Shown here: positions 30,167 to 42,600 of the stretch, piece after piece
Layout: each line of letters opens with the position of its first letter
Numbering within the stretch: position 1 is the stretch's first letter
NCBI GenBank assembly: GCA_002189035.1
Contig: NEEC01000017.1
Location: 372,001-436,000 of the forward strand
Length of the DNA: 64,000 bases
Origin: Utricularia gibba
Lineage: Eukaryota; Plantae; Magnoliophyta
Direction of reading: 5' to 3'
Translations under genes and position numbers: made by a program
Notes under the pieces: model-generated
Database searches by the model: none
Seen by the model: the letters and a program-made list of their open reading frames with translations, nothing else
What the model was told of the DNA's origin: nothing

Positions 30167-30805
30167 ATGGATCCTTCCAGAGGATTTTCCCTCGACGGGC
30201 CTCCGGTTTCCGCCGTCGTCGTCACTCCGAGCCGCTACGAGTCTCAGAAGCGCCGTGACTGGAACACCTTCGGTCAATTCCTCCGCAACCAGCGACCCCC
30301 GCTGGATATCCACCAGTGTAGCAGCGGACATGTCCTCGAGTTCATGAGGTACAGTGTCATGGGACAAAGGGGTTTGTTCTTTTATAACCAACAAATAATG
30401 GAATCAAGCAACATTGAGATGTTGGGCAGGTACTTGGATCAGTTTGGGAAGACTAGGGTTCATTTCCAGGGATGTGTGTTCTACGGTCATCCTGATCCGC
30501 CGGAGCCATGCTCGTGTCCGGTCAGGCAAGCTTGGGGTAGTCTTGATGCTCTAATCGGGAGGCTACGCGCCGCCTACGAGGAGAACGGCGGACAGCCGGA
30601 GACCAACCCTTTTGCGAGTAGTGCTATAAGGGCTTACTTGAGGGAAGTGAAGGATTCTCAGGCTAAAGCTAGAGGGATTCCGTACAGGAAGAAGAAGCGT
30701 AGCAGCACCAGCAGCAGCTGCGGATCCACAAAGAATAACAACAATGAAGATGATTCCTCGACATCCTCCATGCTCATTTCTCCAGAAGATCAATCCATCT
30801 GGTAA
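30167..30805 (+). CDS. LSH: ALOG-domain (LSH/G1-like) transcription factor; 185 aa spliced, with an in-frame 81-bp intron at 30349-30429
   Basis: [25 protein letters not shown]|[11 protein letters not shown], zinc-ribbon [40 protein letters not shown]...[22 protein letters not shown] (NLS). The 27-aa insert is bounded by GT...AG. Confidence 0.92.
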   Translation: MDPSRGFSLDGPPVSAVVVTPSRYESQKRRDWNTFGQFLRNQRPPLDIHQCSSGHVLEFMRYSVMGQRGLFFYNQQIMESSNIEMLGRYLDQFGKTRVHFQGCVFYGHPDPPEPCSCPVRQAWGSLDALIGRLRAAYEENGGQPETNPFASSAIRAYLREVKDSQAKARGIPYRKKKRSSTSSSCGSTKNNNNEDDSSTSSMLISPEDQSIW

Positions 30806-31454
30806 GTAGTACACAAAAATCTCCCTCCCTCCTCGGTTACTCGTTACAGAAACAAAATCCGATCCTTGGTTTCCCTAACATCACGAGTTTGAGGTGTGCC
30901 CGTCGCTTCATGGGGAAACCTAATTCAGTGCTGCATATTTGCTAGAGAAACCATGTAGGTAAGTTCTAACCAATCTCCAGAATAGCTTGAAAACAGTAGA
31001 TACGATTGCAAGTGTTGTCCAAATCTAACACACACAGCTCCAGCATCTTGTTGATGATTTGAAAACCCTCGCGTCTCCAGTGAGAAGGAAAAACACAGCT
31101 AATTTTAGTCCTTTTTTTTTTTTTCCGTTTTATGCGCTTCTTTTCAGATTCTGGGTAGATATTCTGTCCCCCTTCAAGTCGGACTAGGGTTTGGTGCACT
31201 GTCTCTCTCTCTCTCTTTCCTTTATTATTATTATTTTCATCTAATTATTGGGCTTTATGTTTTCTGATTCTTAATTGTTTTCGCAATGAATTGGTTAGAT
31301 ATTCCTAGGACTTGTGTCTCTTGATTGCAGACTCTGTGTGTTTTATTCATTAGCTCCTGTGTGATGCATTAGCCGTAGGGAGAGCATCGTGTACTCCTCC
31401 AACTACTTAGTAAGTGGAATAGGGTTCCGTGACTGGTGTGCCTTGTCTCTGTGC

Positions 31455-31481
31455 ATGCAGATGCAGATGCAGATGCAGATG
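31455..31481. repeat. (ATGCAG)4 microsatellite downstream of the ALOG gene
   Basis: Four perfect hexamer units plus ATG. Confidence 0.9.
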
Positions 31482-32675
31482 GTGTTCCACAGCCACTGGA
31501 TGGGGCTGGGAGCTGCCTTGCTCCAGGGTAAAATCACTCCTCTCCTACTCTACTGCTACCTGCATCTTCCTTCCCCATTCTTGAAGTAACGAGCCTCGTC
31601 TGCTCTCCTTGTAACGTATCCTCCTCTCGTCTACGCCAAACACAGACAGAGGGGCTGCTGTGTTGCTGCCAATCATTCTATGTATGTAACCTCCCGTCTT
31701 CCTCTTAAATAAATTGTGCCCTTCAGTTCGATTGAAATTGGAACCAGGCTTCTCTTAAGCCACTATCGGCCATCATTCAACAGCGCGCGAAAAGCAGTAG
31801 GATTTTTCACTTCCTCGGGCAGTAGATACGAAAAAAACGCTTAATAAATGATTTTTTTTTGTCTCAAACTAATAATAATAATAATAAATTATTTAGTTTT
31901 TAAATTGCGAGTTTTCAATTTTATTTTATTACAGTCAATTCTTACACTTACTTTTCAAAATTATCTTGAAAAATTCAATACATGAAAATTTAATATAACA
32001 AGGTTTATTAGTAAAATGATAATACAATAAAATTTGGTAGTCACATACAGAAATCATTGTTGGATTGAAAAGAATTTAAATTTGATTTATATGAATTCAG
32101 TCATTTAATATAGAAATACGTTTACTTCTCACTAGTCTTTAAGTTGGACATGAAAAGTTATTTTTGCTAAATAATACAATTTAATACTTAATTAGTGAAA
32201 ATTGATATTTGACACTACAAATTAATTATTATCAAGATAATTTTCTTTTTACAAAATTACACTATTAGTGTTTTTTTCTCGAAAACGCTTTTTCACAACT
32301 ATTACTTTTATTTATTTCTTTCTCAATTCATTGTATATCTTCAATATGTCATAAAAATTATTATCAATTCTAAAAATATAACGAAAAAGTTGTATTTTTC
32401 TTTAAACTTTGGACTGTGAATATTTAAATAATATTCTATATAATGTTATCCATAAAATCTTTTATAAACATTTCGGTAATATTTTGTATAAATTCAGTTA
32501 CAAAACTTTATACAAAACAATTGATAGTCAATCATTTCTTAATTTTTTTAATGATTATCATTTTTATGTAAATTAACTCTATTAATATTTTATCCAGTAA
32601 AGTTCAAGTATTGTACTAAATGAGCTTTTAAAGAATTTATTATTCAGACAATCTAACTGAAAAGAAAAAAAAATC

Positions 32676-32819
32676 AGAGCATCTCCCCGAAGTATGCCAC
32701 TAATGACGCCCAGCCCTAAGCTCCCCCCGGGCCCCTCTTGAAATCTAAAATAATATATATACCTCCTGATAAATTAATAATTGAATATAAAAAAATAGTT
32801 ATGCTGTTGGAGATATTTT
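32676..32819. mobile_element. Degenerate Tourist-like MITE in the PEPC upstream region
   Basis: AGAGCATCTCC at the left and GGAGATATTTT at the right (a transition-degenerate inverted copy). No clean TSD. Confidence 0.3.
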
Positions 32820-33388
32820 ACCAATATATTTTCCGGAAATCATAAATAGTACCATCCAAACGTAGTTTGTTACGTATTAATATATACATATTCCCTAAAT
32901 AATTCACCAAGGCGGCGAGATGGGCATAATCCTTTCCTTTCCTATGCACGCGGCGCGTAATTTGGTACATGTAAATTCAGGGAATCGTCCAGAAATTGTG
33001 ATTATCGGCGTTGACTTTCCTATCTACCCGGCGAGTCCCTCGCTCGCATACAAATTGGCGTCATCACACGTCATGCATCACGTTAGTAGAAGAGGCGCTG
33101 TTGGTGCTTCCCATTCCCATTCCCCTCCCCTGGCCCTGGGAGTCAGAGGTGCGTGCGTATTATAAGTGCGGTTGACTGGATTGTGAGCTCTGATGCACGC
33201 AGCTGGGCTGCTGATGCAATCACATTTTTCCGCATACGTGTCGGCGGAAGAATGTGGAGGGAGCCGAGCATATTCCCTCCCCAGGAGCATATTACCCTTA
33301 CCCTTGGGGGGGGTGTTCGGGTGTTCCGTCTTTTGCGGTGCCTCTCTGTATACACATTTAATTTTAAGCCCAGAGGCGTTCCCTTCCC

Positions 33389-33395
33389 TATAAAA
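33389..33395 (+). promoter_or_regulatory. Candidate TATA box of the PEPC gene
   Basis: CCCTATAAAACCCC in a GC-rich promoter about 240 bp upstream of the ATG. Confidence 0.45.
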
Positions 33396-33629
33396 CCCCC
33401 TGGTGGTGGGGGATACCTAAACCGTCTCTTGCTTATGTAACCATCCACTCTCATCGGCAATCAAGGCTCGCCCAATTCAGATTGGCGGTGCGAGTGGGCT
33501 CAGGGGTCCCCTACAATCCCGTGCTTCTTTTGGCCTTTTGCGCTCTCGTCTTTTACATTCTCTGTGTTGGAGTAGGAAAGGGTGCTCGCCAAAATACAAA
33601 TTTGGAGTAGCAGGGGAAGAGTGTTGGAG

Positions 33630-36600
33630 ATGAGTCGAAAGATTGAGAAAATGGCGTCAATTGACGCCCAGCTGAGGCTTCTCGCACCGGGAAAAGTGTC
33701 CGAGGATGATAAGCTGGTAGAGTATGATGCTCTGCTTTTGGATCGGTTTCTGGATATTCTTCAGGACTTGCATGGAGAGGAGATTCGCGATAAGGTTCGA
33801 ATCTAGTGATGATCCCTCGGTTGATTGTTTTATGAATTTCAGCCATAACATGTCTTTTCACCCTTCTTTTGCTCGAGATCACACACATCGGAGTTCTGCT
33901 TCTTGACATGTCACCGTCAAGCTCTTCTTTTTTATTCTAGGTAGATTAGCTGTCAGGTAAGGTTGAAAGAGGACGATCGGAGGTGGTGACTAACAAACTT
34001 GTTTCGCAGTTTCATGATTCTTTGCTTTACGTTTTTGGATTAGGTTCAAGACTGTTATGAGATCTCTGCTGAGTACGAAGGCAAGCATGATCTCCAGAAG
34101 TTGGAGGAGCTTGGTAGAGTCCTTACAGCTCTTGATGCCGGGGACTCCATTGTCGTTGCTAAAGCTTTTACAAACATGCTTAATTTGGCAAATCTTGCCG
34201 AAGAAGTCCAGATTGCATACAGGAGAAGAAGCAAACTGAAAAAGCGTGACTTTTCTGATGAAGCTTCAGCAACCACAGAGTCTGACATTGAGGAGACCCT
34301 GAAGAGGCTCGTGGGACAGCTGAACAAATCTCCTGAAGAAGTGTTTGACGCTTTAAAGAACCAAACAGTTGATTTGGTTTTCACTGCACATCCTACGCAG
34401 TCTGTTCGTAGATCTTTGCTCCAGAAACATGGAAGGTTCTTACCATAGCACCATAGCTTTTCCTTGCTTACATACTGATTTTTATAGGAGATATTGATGT
34501 CTTTCACTGTGATTATTCTCAGGATTCGTGATTGTTTGACTCAACTTTATGCGAAGGATATAACACCTGATGACAAACAAGAACTTGATGAGGCATTGCA
34601 AAGAGAGGTATTCTGCCTTTAGATTCAATTCCTCCCTATATCCGTGGATTAGTTACGGAAAATTCTCTTTAGATACAAGCAGCATTTCGAACTGATGAAA
34701 TCCGGAGAAACCCCCCAACTCCACAAGATGAGATGAGAGCTGGAATGAGTTATTTCCATGAGACTATATGGAAGGGAGTGCCAAAGTTCCTACGTCGCCT
34801 TGATACTGCTTTGAAGAACATTGGCATCAATGAGCGTGTTCCTTACAATGCCCCCCTCATTCAGTTCTCCTCTTGGATGGGTGGTGATCGTGATGGTATT
34901 GCAAAGCTGCCAAATGATATGTTTATTTTATGGTTTCTTAATGGTAGTCTGAAGTGCGGTGGTAACTCGAACACTGGTTTTATTTCCTTGTAGGTAATCC
35001 AAGAGTAACTCCTGATGTTACCAGAGATGTGTGCTTGCTGGCTCGGATGATGGCGGCAAATTTGTACTTTTCCCAGATCGAGGATCTCATGTTTGAGGTA
35101 AAACATAGAACAACATCCTCAACCTGAGATTTCATATCTTATTGTAGAGGCTTCACGACTTGTCATTTCTCACTTATATGGTGTCGTATTCTCTAACAGC
35201 TGTCAATGTGGCGCTGCAACGATGAACTTCTGGAGCGTGCAAATCAACTTCACAGTTCATCGAGAAGAGATTCCAAGCATTACATTGGTGAGAGCTTGAC
35301 TTGGAGCTGAAAATTTCATATATTAGGCTTAAGTATTTTATTAATCTTTAATATGCTCCATGGACTGTTCACTAGAATTCTGGAAGCAAATTCCGCTCAA
35401 TGAACCTTATCGTGTTATTCTGGGAGATGTGAGAGACAAACTGTACAATACTCGTGAACGTGCTCGTCAAATTTTAGCAAGTGGAGCGTCTGATATTCCA
35501 GAGGATTCTACCTTTACAGATATTGAAGAGGTACACTCTGATTACCAATTCTCCAATTCATTTGTCTAATTCTTCAAAGTCTCTGGCGTTCTAGCTTGAA
35601 CTTTCGTACCTTCACTCCGAACTTATAGAAAGTGGTCCTTTCTTGCGTTCAGTTTCTGGAGCCTCTGGAGCTGTGCTATAGATCACTTTGTGCTTGCGGT
35701 GATAGGTCAATCGCTGATGGAAGCCTCCTTGATTTTCTTCGGCAAGTCTCCACATTTGGGCTTTCATTGGTGCGACTTGACATCAGGCAGGAGTCAGATA
35801 GGCACACAGATGTTCTGGATGCCATTACGAGGCACCTAGAAATTGGTTCTTACAAGGAATGGTCAGAGGATCGCCGTCAGCAGTGGCTTTTGGCTGAACT
35901 TGGTGGAAAGCGTCCACTTTTTGGGGGTGATCTCCCAAAAACAGAGGAGGTTGCTGAGGTTTTGAACACATTCCATGTTATTGCTGAACTCCCCTCAGAT
36001 TCTTTTGGGGCCTACATCATTTCAATGGCAACTTGCACATCTGATGTTCTTGCTGTGGAGCTTTTGCAACGGGAGTGCCGTGTGAAAAATCCATTGAGAG
36101 TGGTGCCCTTGTTTGAGAAGTTGGCTGATCTCGAGAATGCTCCAGCTGCTATGGCCCGGCTGTTTTCCATAGACTGGTACCGCAACCGGATCAATGGGAA
36201 GCAGGAAGTCATGATTGGGTACTCAGACTCCGGCAAAGATGCTGGGCGGCTGTCTGCAGCATGGCAGCTCTATAAGACTCAAGAGCAGCTCGTTCAGGTA
36301 GCAAAAGAATACGGTGTGAAGCTAACCATGTTCCATGGACGAGGTGGGACAGTTGGAAGAGGGGGTGGTCCGACTCATCTCGCCATATTGTCTCAGCCGC
36401 GGGACACCATTAATGGGTCGCTTCGTGTCACTGTGCAAGGTGAAGTTATTGAACAGTCCTTCGGTGAGGAGCATCTGTGCTTCAGAACTCTCCAACGTTA
36501 CACTGCTGCTACACTTGAGCATGGAATGAATCCTCCGGGTGCACCAAAGCCTGAGTGGCGTGCACTCATGGATGAGATGGCTGTGGTTGCCACAGAAGAA

Positions 36601-37503
36601 TATCGTTCCGTGGTCTTCCATGAACCCCGGTTTGTGGAATATTTCCGCCTGGTAAGCCTCTCTATTCGCATCTCTAGACCATGCGTTACAACTCCCTAAT
36701 GTAACATGCCTTGTCTTCCTTCCACGGCAGGCTACGCCGGAGTTAGAGTATGGAAGAATGAACATCGGTAGCCGTCCATCCAAACGTAAACCCAGTGGAG
36801 GAATCGAGTCACTCCGAGCAATCCCCTGGATATTCGCCTGGACGCAAACAAGATTTCATCTCCCTGTCTGGCTAGGATTTGGAGGTGCAATAAAGAAGGT
36901 TATGGACAAGGATATAAGGAATCTCCACATGCTCAAGGACATGTACAAAGCATGGCCTTTCTTCAGGGTAACAATCGACTTGATGGAAATGGTTTTGGCC
37001 AAGGGGGATCTTGGGATTGCTGCTCTGTACAACAAGATCCTAGTGTCTCCGCAGCTGCAGCATTTTGGCGAGCGGCTTCTGGACAACTATGAAACAACAA
37101 AGGAACTGATCCTCCAGGTAATCACCCCCACCTACTCAAAGTTGAGTTCTTCAACTCGCAAAGAAGAATTTACACATTCATCATAATTGCGTGTGGGTAG
37201 GTTGCTGGGCACAAGGAACCTTTGGAAGGAGACCCATATCTGAGACAGAGGCTGACGCTGCGAGACCCCTACATCACCGTCCTCAACGTGTCCCAGGTGT
37301 ACACGCTGAAGCGGATTCGTGATCCCAGTTACAGCGTCAAGATCAGTAGACATCTCTCCAAGGACATCACAGATGAAAGTTCAACCGGAGCGGCTGATGA
37401 TCTGGTGAAGCTGAACCCGACTAGCGAGTATCCTCCAGGTTTGGAGGATACCCTCATCTTGACCATGAAAGGTATTGCTGCTGGACTGCAAAACACTGGG
37501 TGA
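33630..37503 (+). CDS. PPC: Plant-type phosphoenolpyruvate carboxylase, 966 aa, 10 exons, intact
   Basis: Exons 33630-33794, 34044-34435, 34523-34607, 34673-34895, 34994-35097, 35200-35287, 35376-35530, 35653-36651, 36731-37117, 37201-37503 (2901 bp, in frame). Motifs [11 protein letters not shown] (phosphorylation site), [57 protein letters not shown]. Confidence 0.97.
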
Positions 37504-38170
37504 GAAGCCCCCCACTGGAACGAAGCCTCTCTGATCCTCCTCAATAAGGTATCTGAATAAGCGTTGTGGCGGCGGCCGTGTTGGAATGGCGTTGCTGCCA
37601 TGTATCATCAACTGTTGTGCATCTTGTTTTGGTGCTGCCCGCATTCTAGATCATCCTAATAATGAATATTATTTACGCCCCTTCAAACACCCACGAAGAC
37701 AACCAGCGGGTTGTTTCGTTGTCAGTTGTAATTGGGTGTTCTCTCATATGAGTTTGGTTGAAGGGCATTGTAGCCTATGAGAGTTCAGAAATCCAGTACC
37801 AGCACTACCCAATGGGGGTATAGTTTCACCATACTATTTGGTTATCGTATAATATTATTTTTTTAAAAAAACACATAATTTTCAAAACTAATAATAATTA
37901 TTGAAGGTGTCTGAAAATAAAATTTATTTTTTAAAACACACAATTACAAAATACCTATAGCAAGTATTTACAAAATATGAAAAAATCTGTAGTTATTTAA
38001 AACACAAATTACATATATTCAACAATATATTATGTTGAAAATGTCTATGAGAATAATGAAGTATAGGACGAAAATACTAAATGGAGAACCAACAAAGTCA
38101 CAATTTAATAAAGTCAACACACAACAATTAATCAAATATGATAGGATATTAACAATAAAAAACCAATCTA

Positions 38171-41100
38171 TGAGAATGCTAGGCAATTGAATGAACTTGT
38201 AACTCAAAGTGAAACGAAATAGAAAAAGAAAGAACACCAAGATTTTAATGAGAAAAACCCTTTCGGGAAAAACCTTAGGTGCTCCATACCAGATCGAGCA
38301 GCTTTACTATTATGTTTATGAATTACAGGAACAATCATAGTTCCAAATAGGTTCAAGAACCCAAACACAGCAATCAAGAACTTTCCCATCCCTACATAGG
38401 ATAATCGCGAAACCGAACTGATACCAATGATTGAGGTCTCCACCCACTCGATCATTCACCAGATCAATCTTCTTAGAGAGAACTTCTTCTCAACATTTTT
38501 GTTTTGCTTGTTATACATGTGTTGAGACCTCTCTCTTGTTAACTTATTGAGTTTTTTCATTACTTCAACAAGGGATTCATAATGATAATTTTTATTTGTA
38601 ATGGGCTTCTTGGGATGAGGCCAACTGGTAGTGAGCCTATTTTATTTGATCCACAAGGGGGATGAGAGGGCCCACTATAAATCACCCTCTACAATTTTGA
38701 GCTTGTAGTGGGCCTCTTTTTTAGAAGACCCATGCTTTGCATGCAATACATGAATTTTGAGGATGGCAATAACTTCTTCATCCCATTAACAATGTCTTTT
38801 GAATTTCAATCTTTCCAACACTTCTTTGATCCAATGCCACCTTTGTTCTATGTGTGTTGATGTGTGCATGTAAGGTAGATTTCTTGCTCATTTGAATGGC
38901 ACTTTGGCTGTCACTGAACACGACTGGTTTTTGTTCTAGGAAACCAATTTTCGACAGGAATCTCCCAATCCAAAGTATCTCCTTCAAGGCTTTAATGAGT
39001 GTCATGTATTCTGACTCTATGCTTGATAGTGCTATGATTTTATGCAATTTTGAGCTCCAATTCATAGAACCTTCTCCCATCACATTGACCAGATCAATGA
39101 TTGTCTTTTCTTAAATCAGCATTAACATACATCTTTGGTGCTATAGTGTCAAAACCATAGCATAACTTGTATTCTTTAGTGCCTTTCAAATACCTCAACT
39201 GCCACTTCACACCTTCCCGATGTCTCTTTCAAAGATTAGCTAGAAATTTGCTCACAGTGTTTGCAAAAAAAAAAATCGATGTTTGATCTTATGCATACCA
39301 TCATGTACATGATGGATCCCACAGGAGATGCATAGGGTATCGCAACCATAAGATGTCTTTCCAATTCATCTTACGATGCCATATCCTTTGAGAGTTTCAA
39401 ACGACCAAGCACAGGACAAGTTATAGGTTTGGCTTCTTCATGACTTGATTTCTTCAAAATCTAGTCAAGGTAGCTTCCTTGGGATAGGATTTAGGTTCTT
39501 TTGGATTTGTTCCTATAGATATTTATCCCTATGATTCTCTTGGTTGATCCGAGATCTTTCATGCAGAATTCTTTTTTTATTAGTTTCTTCAATTTAGTGA
39601 TTCTCTACTTATTGGGGTTGGCTTCCAACATATCATTCACATAAAGAAAGAAAAAAACATGATCATTCTTACCATAAGATTTCTAGTATGCACATTCATC
39701 TCCATAGGTTTTCTAAAATTTATTTCTCCCCATAAAGCTGTCAAATTTTAGATACCATTGCCATGAAGCTTGCTTGAGTCCATAGAAGCTCCTTTTCAAT
39801 TTACAAACTAGTTTTAATTTCCAGGTTTTATGAATCCTTCCACCTATTTAACATAGATTTCTTCTACCAAGTCTCCATGCAAGAAGGATGTTTTTATGTC
39901 TAGTTGTTCTAATTCCCAATCAAGACAGATAGTGAGTGCTAGGATGATCCTCACGATGGCCATTTTCACCATTGGTGAGAATATTTCTTCGAAGTCTAGT
40001 CCAACTTTCTGTCTAAAAGTCCTTCACCACAACTTTTGCCTTATGGATCCATTGGAGTTATGTTTCAACACAAAAATCCATTTATTGTCCAGGGCGATTC
40101 TTCCTATAGGAAGTACAAGAAGATCATAGGCATTGTTGGCTCATATGGAATTCACCTCCTCATTGATAGCCTCTAGCCGTTTATCTTTCTCAGGCATGCA
40201 CATTGCTTTTGTCACAATCTTTGGTTCCCCTTCCTCTATTATCAATTGCTATTCATCAACATAGTATCTAGTGGAAGACATGAGCCTTCTAGTAGATTTT
40301 CTTACCTCTTGTTGTTCCCTTATTGCACTAGGGTTATTTTGTCCTATGGGTTCCTCACTTTTGGAAGAATTTTCAGCTTCCAGATCCCCTGGGTATCTTG
40401 CATCTATCCTCAAGGTTAGTATTATTGGTTGGCTTTCTTGATCTATTGGAATATCTATAATGGTATGATCTTTAATAAACTTTACATTTCTTGATCTCAC
40501 TATTTTGTTTTCAAGTGGATCCCATAGTGTATATCTCATCTTATCATCTACATAAACACGCAGAATGCAAGGTTTTGATCATTCATCCAACTTTAATCTA
40601 TGTTCCTTCTAAATACTTACATATACTTTGTAGCCAAAAACTCTAAGATGATTCAGATTTGGTTTCCTCCTAGTCCATATCTCTTGAAAATATTTTCAAA
40701 AGGTTTAGTGCTGTGTTAGGAGACAAATTTGATAAATAACAAGTAGTATTTAGACCATCTCCCTAAAATCTCTTAAGCAAGTTAGCAGTGTTCAGCATAC
40801 TTCTAGCCTTATCCATAAATGTCCTGTCGAATCTCTCGGCAATACTATTCCTAGAGTGGTTGCAATCTTTTTGATCCTCTTTTATTTGCAATAATCTTCG
40901 AATTCATTAGAAAAATACTCATCTCCATTATCTAATTTGAATTTCTTCAACTGTATGTCTATTTTCCTTTCTAATAGCATGTGTAGTTCCTAAAAGTTAG
41001 GAAATACATCATTCTTTCTGTGTATCATGAAGACTCAACACTTCTTGGAGGTATCATCTCTGAAACAGACAAAGAACTTCATCTTTTTAGTAGATTTACA

Positions 41101-42450
41101 CTCAACCAGTCCACCAATATCTGCCAGCATGGTATTTAGGAGTTCATCACTTTTATTGAATACTTTCTTAAACTCAACTCTTTAATGCTTGTCAATTATG
41201 CATTCCTCACAAGTCATCTGATCTAGTTAGCATTCTTTAATGATATTCTATTTCATCAGAAAAGCTAGCCCTTTGTTTGACATATGTCCATGTCTCTTAT
41301 GCCATAATCTTTGTAAGTTGTTCTGATGCCCAGCCACATATATTTTAGGTAATTTTGGTGTTACCTTAGTATTGTACAGAGTGCCGTTCACCTCTTTGAT
41401 AGCACAAACCATTGACCTCTTTATAAGCTTCCATTTATGATTCCCAAAGGAGTTCAAATAACTTGAGGTGTACAGACATCAGATTGAAACATATGTTTAG
41501 AACATATCTCACATTTTCTAAAACAAGATTGAAGCCACAATTTCATGATGATGTGGATGCCACCAATGCTTATAATATTTGAGATGGCCGAATTTCCCAT
41601 CTTTACCTTTCCATAATTACCTCAATTGAAGTTTTTCATGATTTCCTTACATGGTGTGACATAGTAGCTGGCTGTTGAGTCCACAATCACTTTGATCCAA
41701 TCATCTTATTTGATTCCTTAGCTTTCTGAAACATCATTACTTCTTCTTCATTGAATTGGGTAGCAAAACCAGTATCTCTTCTTCTACAAGGGCACGAGTT
41801 GTGCCTTGATTATCAGCTCTCTTTATGTTGGAAATATGGTATCGGAGAAGAAGAATGGAATCTTACATTACTAGTTTAAATCTATTTCAACTAATTTATA
41901 TGAGATGACACTCTTTTAGCCTTGATTGGCTTGAGAATGAGCTGAGCCTTAGTGCGTATAGGGTCTAATTTGTTAGATTGAGTTGGGTTTTCAGAGGGTT
42001 CTTGAAACCCAACAGGCTATGTGTGCAGGAGAGGGAGGGGGGGGGGTGCAAAACTTATCTCGAAAGACTCTCGCATGTGGGCGGGATCGAGCCCACATTT
42101 TGTCTCATTTTTGTGTTTAGCCCATTAGGGTTAGACATATATATTTGGCTAATTTCTGTAGATTGAGATCGTGTTCTCAGCAATCCTCATAAATCTTGTA
42201 GGATTGGAAAATCCTTTAGAATAGCATGTATAAGTGCTTGAGGTTTTGATCATCTTTTTCATTTTGGTATTCAGTTTGCAACAATCCAAAGGAGTTATCT
42301 TGAATCGATAGATCCCATTTCTCATTTCGCTGCCGCCACAACTCTATGAGAACCCTACATTGTTTGCACCGCCTCCAATCACTCGTGCTCTTTTTGTCGA
42401 CACCACAATGCTTCCAACACTCTTCTTTGATGCACATTTGATCACTGTGC
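38171..42450 (-). mobile_element. Degraded Ty1/copia element: putative 3' LTR (~38171-38679), PPT, RNase H, RT, integrase, protease, partial gag
   Basis: RNase H WSSKLHKIIALSSIESEY...SDSQSAI (38778-39083). RT LYVNDML (~39630) and QLDIKTSFLHGDLVEEIY (~39850-39905). Integrase WHKRHGHMS (~41290) and LWDPLENKIVRSRNVKF. Protease IVDSTASYYVTP (~41670). Pyrimidine tract AATCACCCTCT at 38680. Many stops; no 5' LTR found. Confidence 0.85.
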
Positions 42451-42600
42451 CACCATCCACCACAACACTACTGTCACTAACAAATTCTATTGTTCAAAAT
42501 CCATATATGTCTACCTATCTGCCCTAAGTCACCTCTAGTGCTCGCAATTTGTCGCTGAATCATCCAATCGTTGGCTATCAATTCCCTGACATAGCAATGA

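Noticed and set aside
31380-31760. miRNA precursor downstream of ALOG (TTCCACAGC resembles the miR396 5' end; GGAACCAGGCTTC resembles miR166)
   Set aside because: Matches are only 9-13 nt and no complementary star arm is visible.
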